Of a stretch of DNA of 64,000 bases, positions 61,797 through 64,000 are shown in pieces. How positions within the stretch are numbered: position 1 is the stretch's first letter; each line of letters begins with the position of its first letter. Both the position numbers and the translations under genes were made by a program. Source of the DNA: Thermodesulfobacteriota bacterium (GTDB lineage Bacteria; Desulfobacterota; Binatia; Bin18); NCBI GenBank assembly GCA_964291405.2, contig OZ219926.1:1376001-1440000 (forward strand), read 5' to 3'. A model generated the notes under the pieces. That model was not told the DNA's origin. It saw nothing but the letters and a program-made list of their open reading frames with translations, and ran no database searches.

Positions 61797-62786
61797 TTAA
61801 CCCAGATGGGGGAGGACGTCGGCGGCAAAGCGCTGCATAGACCCCCGCGACACAGCGCGATCCATGCCGGGGAAATGGAAGAACAGCACGAGTTCATCTA
61901 TGCCCGACTCAGCTTCAAACGCTTTGATCTCATCGAGCACCTTTTGTGGTGGGCCGGTGAAGAAATTACTCAGGTCACGGAATCCATCAGACGTATTCGT
62001 GCGGTCTTCTGGTTTGTCATTGGCTTCATGCATCCACTTGGCGTAATAATCGACCTGGTAGTTGACGTGCGGCCAGACTTTATCTAACTCGCTGTCGTCT
62101 TTTTCGGTCACATAGCACGAACGCAGGATGCGGACCTGGCCGGGCTCGCGGCCGAGGTCGGTACAGGCCGTCCGGTAAATATCAATGTCTTCGGTGTTGC
62201 CAATGGGCAGAAAATGACAGCCCATGCGTGCCACGCGCTGAATGCCTTTTTCGCTCCGCGCCCCAACCATCAGGGGTGGCCCTCCAGGCTGGGCTGGGGA
62301 TGGCGTGACCATAATGTCGGTGTAGTTCCAAAACTTCCCAACATGAGAAAATGTTTCCCCAGACCACGACTTGCGGAGGATGTCGACACCTTCGGTCAGC
62401 GCTGAGCCTCGTCGCTTGTGATCCTTTTCAAAGCCTGTAAACTCGCCTACGCGATAGCCCTGGCCCAGGCCAAGAATGAGCCGGCCTCGCGAAATGAGAT
62501 CGACGACCGCTGCGTCTTCGGCGACACGAACGGGGTCGTGCAGGGGGAGGAGTAAGACGAAGGTGCCGAGACCGATGCGCTGTGTTCTGGCAGCCACCGC
62601 TGAGAGGACGGCGAGCTGGGAGGGGAGATAGCCATCCTCAAGAAAATGGTGCTCCGTCGTCCACGCGGTATCAAAGCCGAGCTCTTCAACGGCAACCATA
62701 TCGTCGATGGTATCGTTATACAGGTCGGCGTAGGGTTGCGCCCATTGGGGCGGATTCCGAAAGTCAAATAAACAGCCTGTCTTCAT
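61797..62786 (-). CDS. LLM-class flavin-dependent oxidoreductase
   Basis: WTTEHHF.EDGY.PS, P.RVAEDAAVVDLIS.GRL.LGLG.GY. Confidence 0.92.
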   Translation of the reverse strand: MKTGCLFDFRNPPQWAQPYADLYNDTIDDMVAVEELGFDTAWTTEHHFLEDGYLPSQLAVLSAVAARTQRIGLGTFVLLLPLHDPVRVAEDAAVVDLISRGRLILGLGQGYRVGEFTGFEKDHKRRGSALTEGVDILRKSWSGETFSHVGKFWNYTDIMVTPSPAQPGGPPLMVGARSEKGIQRVARMGCHFLPIGNTEDIDIYRTACTDLGREPGQVRILRSCYVTEKDDSELDKVWPHVNYQVDYYAKWMHEANDKPEDRTNTSDGFRDLSNFFTGPPQKVLDEIKAFEAESGIDELVLFFHFPGMDRAVSRGSMQRFAADVLPHLG

Positions 62787-63002
62787 TACCTTGCTCCTTT
62801 CGTCAGGGCGAAAATGTTTGGTCTTGCTTGAATAGACGAGGTCTCGTGTCCACGACGGGCCGGTGGGCCTACATGTGAGCGGGAGTCGTCAGAATAAGAC
62901 GGGAATCCTCCAGCCCATCATTCCGATAATGGACAATGGCCCGATGGTCGGGGTTCTGCACCAGTTTCCCTTTCTTCCAGCGACCTCACACGATGCACGG
63001 CC

Positions 63003-63998
63003 TTATCCGAGTGTATTCACCGCAGATGGGAACGTGTTGATCCCCAGCGCTTCCCGAAAATCCGCGGTGGGTTGCACGACCATCGCATCGACGCTGATGC
63101 CAATCGCATTGGCGACGCGGTCCAGCATGCTGAAGTTGCCGCCGATGATCGACGCCGTCGTGACCGCCTCGGGACCTAATCGCTCGGCAATGGCATCCCG
63201 TGCGGCCGCCAGTTCTGCGGTATCGGGTTTCATCAAAGCACCGGCGAATCTCACGAGTTCGCACCCGTGTTCCACCCCGCTGTCAATACGTGCATCGATC
63301 GCGCCAGCTAACTCGTAGCTTCGATCGTGGGCTTTTCCGCTCTCCCGGAGCAGATGGGCATGCCACGTGGTTCAGTAGAAACACAGGTTCTGTTCCGAAA
63401 CCTTGGTTGCGACGAGTTCTATCTGTGCTCGCGAAAGTGCGTGGTCTGATGTGGCGTGAAAATTGAGCAAATGCTCAGCTCCGAAATACTGTTGACTGAC
63501 CAGGTTAATCACGCGGCGGGCTTCATCCGGGACGAGGCTCACGGCGCGAAAAATATTCCCCGCCGGACTTTCTCCATATAACGATTCGGCTAATGCGCCA
63601 CCTGCCGGAGCGCTGGGGACACTCGCGGTAAAGAATCCCTCATCGACGGCTTCGGCGGGGCGTTCGAAAGAGGGGAGCGTATCGTCGGCGAGCTCCGGTA
63701 ATTTTCGGGGTGGTATGCCAAGACCGCGGGCAAAGACGTCAAGATTGGAGAGTCGCGACACCAGCGAGACGATTTCAACATACGCGCCCTCGCTCACACC
63801 CTGGGCTTGGATGTTCTGGCAAAACTTGCGATCGATGTTTTGCGAATCAACCGCCACCGCCCGTGCCAATCGCACTGCCGCGTCAGGGAGTTTGGCCTGG
63901 GCGACCAGCTTCTCATCGTCGACCGATTCTTGTAAGCCCTGTTCGCATTGAGCGATACGCGCAGTGGCGGCAATGGCGGTTCTCTGTGCGGCGGTACC
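63003..63998 (-). CDS. AhpD-like alkylhydroperoxidase-related selenoprotein (partial; in-frame UGA at 63372-63374)
   Basis: ORFs 63372..63875 and 63003..63275 are in the same frame, joined by 32 stop-free codons: LSRAQIELVA..VS..NLCFY-UGA-TTWHAHLLRES; frame is open to the window edge. Confidence 0.8.
63336..63354 (-). promoter_or_regulatory. Candidate bacterial SECIS hairpin
   Basis: UCUGCUC-CGGGA-GAGCGGA; apical loop begins 24 nt after the UGA and has G at position 2. Confidence 0.6.
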
Positions 63999-64000
63999 CC

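Overview
Bacterial, moderately GC-rich accessory region with about 55 intact genes and at least a dozen gene stubs. It has no rRNA, tRNA, CRISPR array, integrase or intact transposase, and only one clear housekeeping-type gene (ilvD). It is a mosaic of mostly one- or two-gene units encoding small-molecule-modifying enzymes: 6 intact luciferase-like (LLM) oxidoreductases, 2 Baeyer-Villiger monooxygenases, 4 GST-fold proteins, 5 NTF2/SnoaL proteins, 5 cupins, 2 RidA proteins, acyl-CoA dehydrogenase-fold enzymes, hydrolases and an orphan Rieske alpha subunit. Many junctions carry abruptly truncated fragments of unrelated genes, short duplications or REP/MITE-like repeats. Main points: (1) an AhpD-like gene split by an in-frame UGA in a C-x-x-U motif with a SECIS-like hairpin, probably a selenoprotein missed by the ORF track; (2) two ~85-bp direct repeats ending in dif/pdif-like cores that bracket a toxin-antitoxin/nnrU module; (3) a duplicated leader in front of two unrelated genes; (4) a tandem double-EctC protein with a 37-nt inverted copy of its own coding sequence upstream; (5) a stand-alone CoxIII/CoxIV-like membrane triad; (6) a 3-sulfinopropionyl-CoA desulfinase coupled to a TTC38-like gene. 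All product calls come from motif recognition by eye; no database searches were run.
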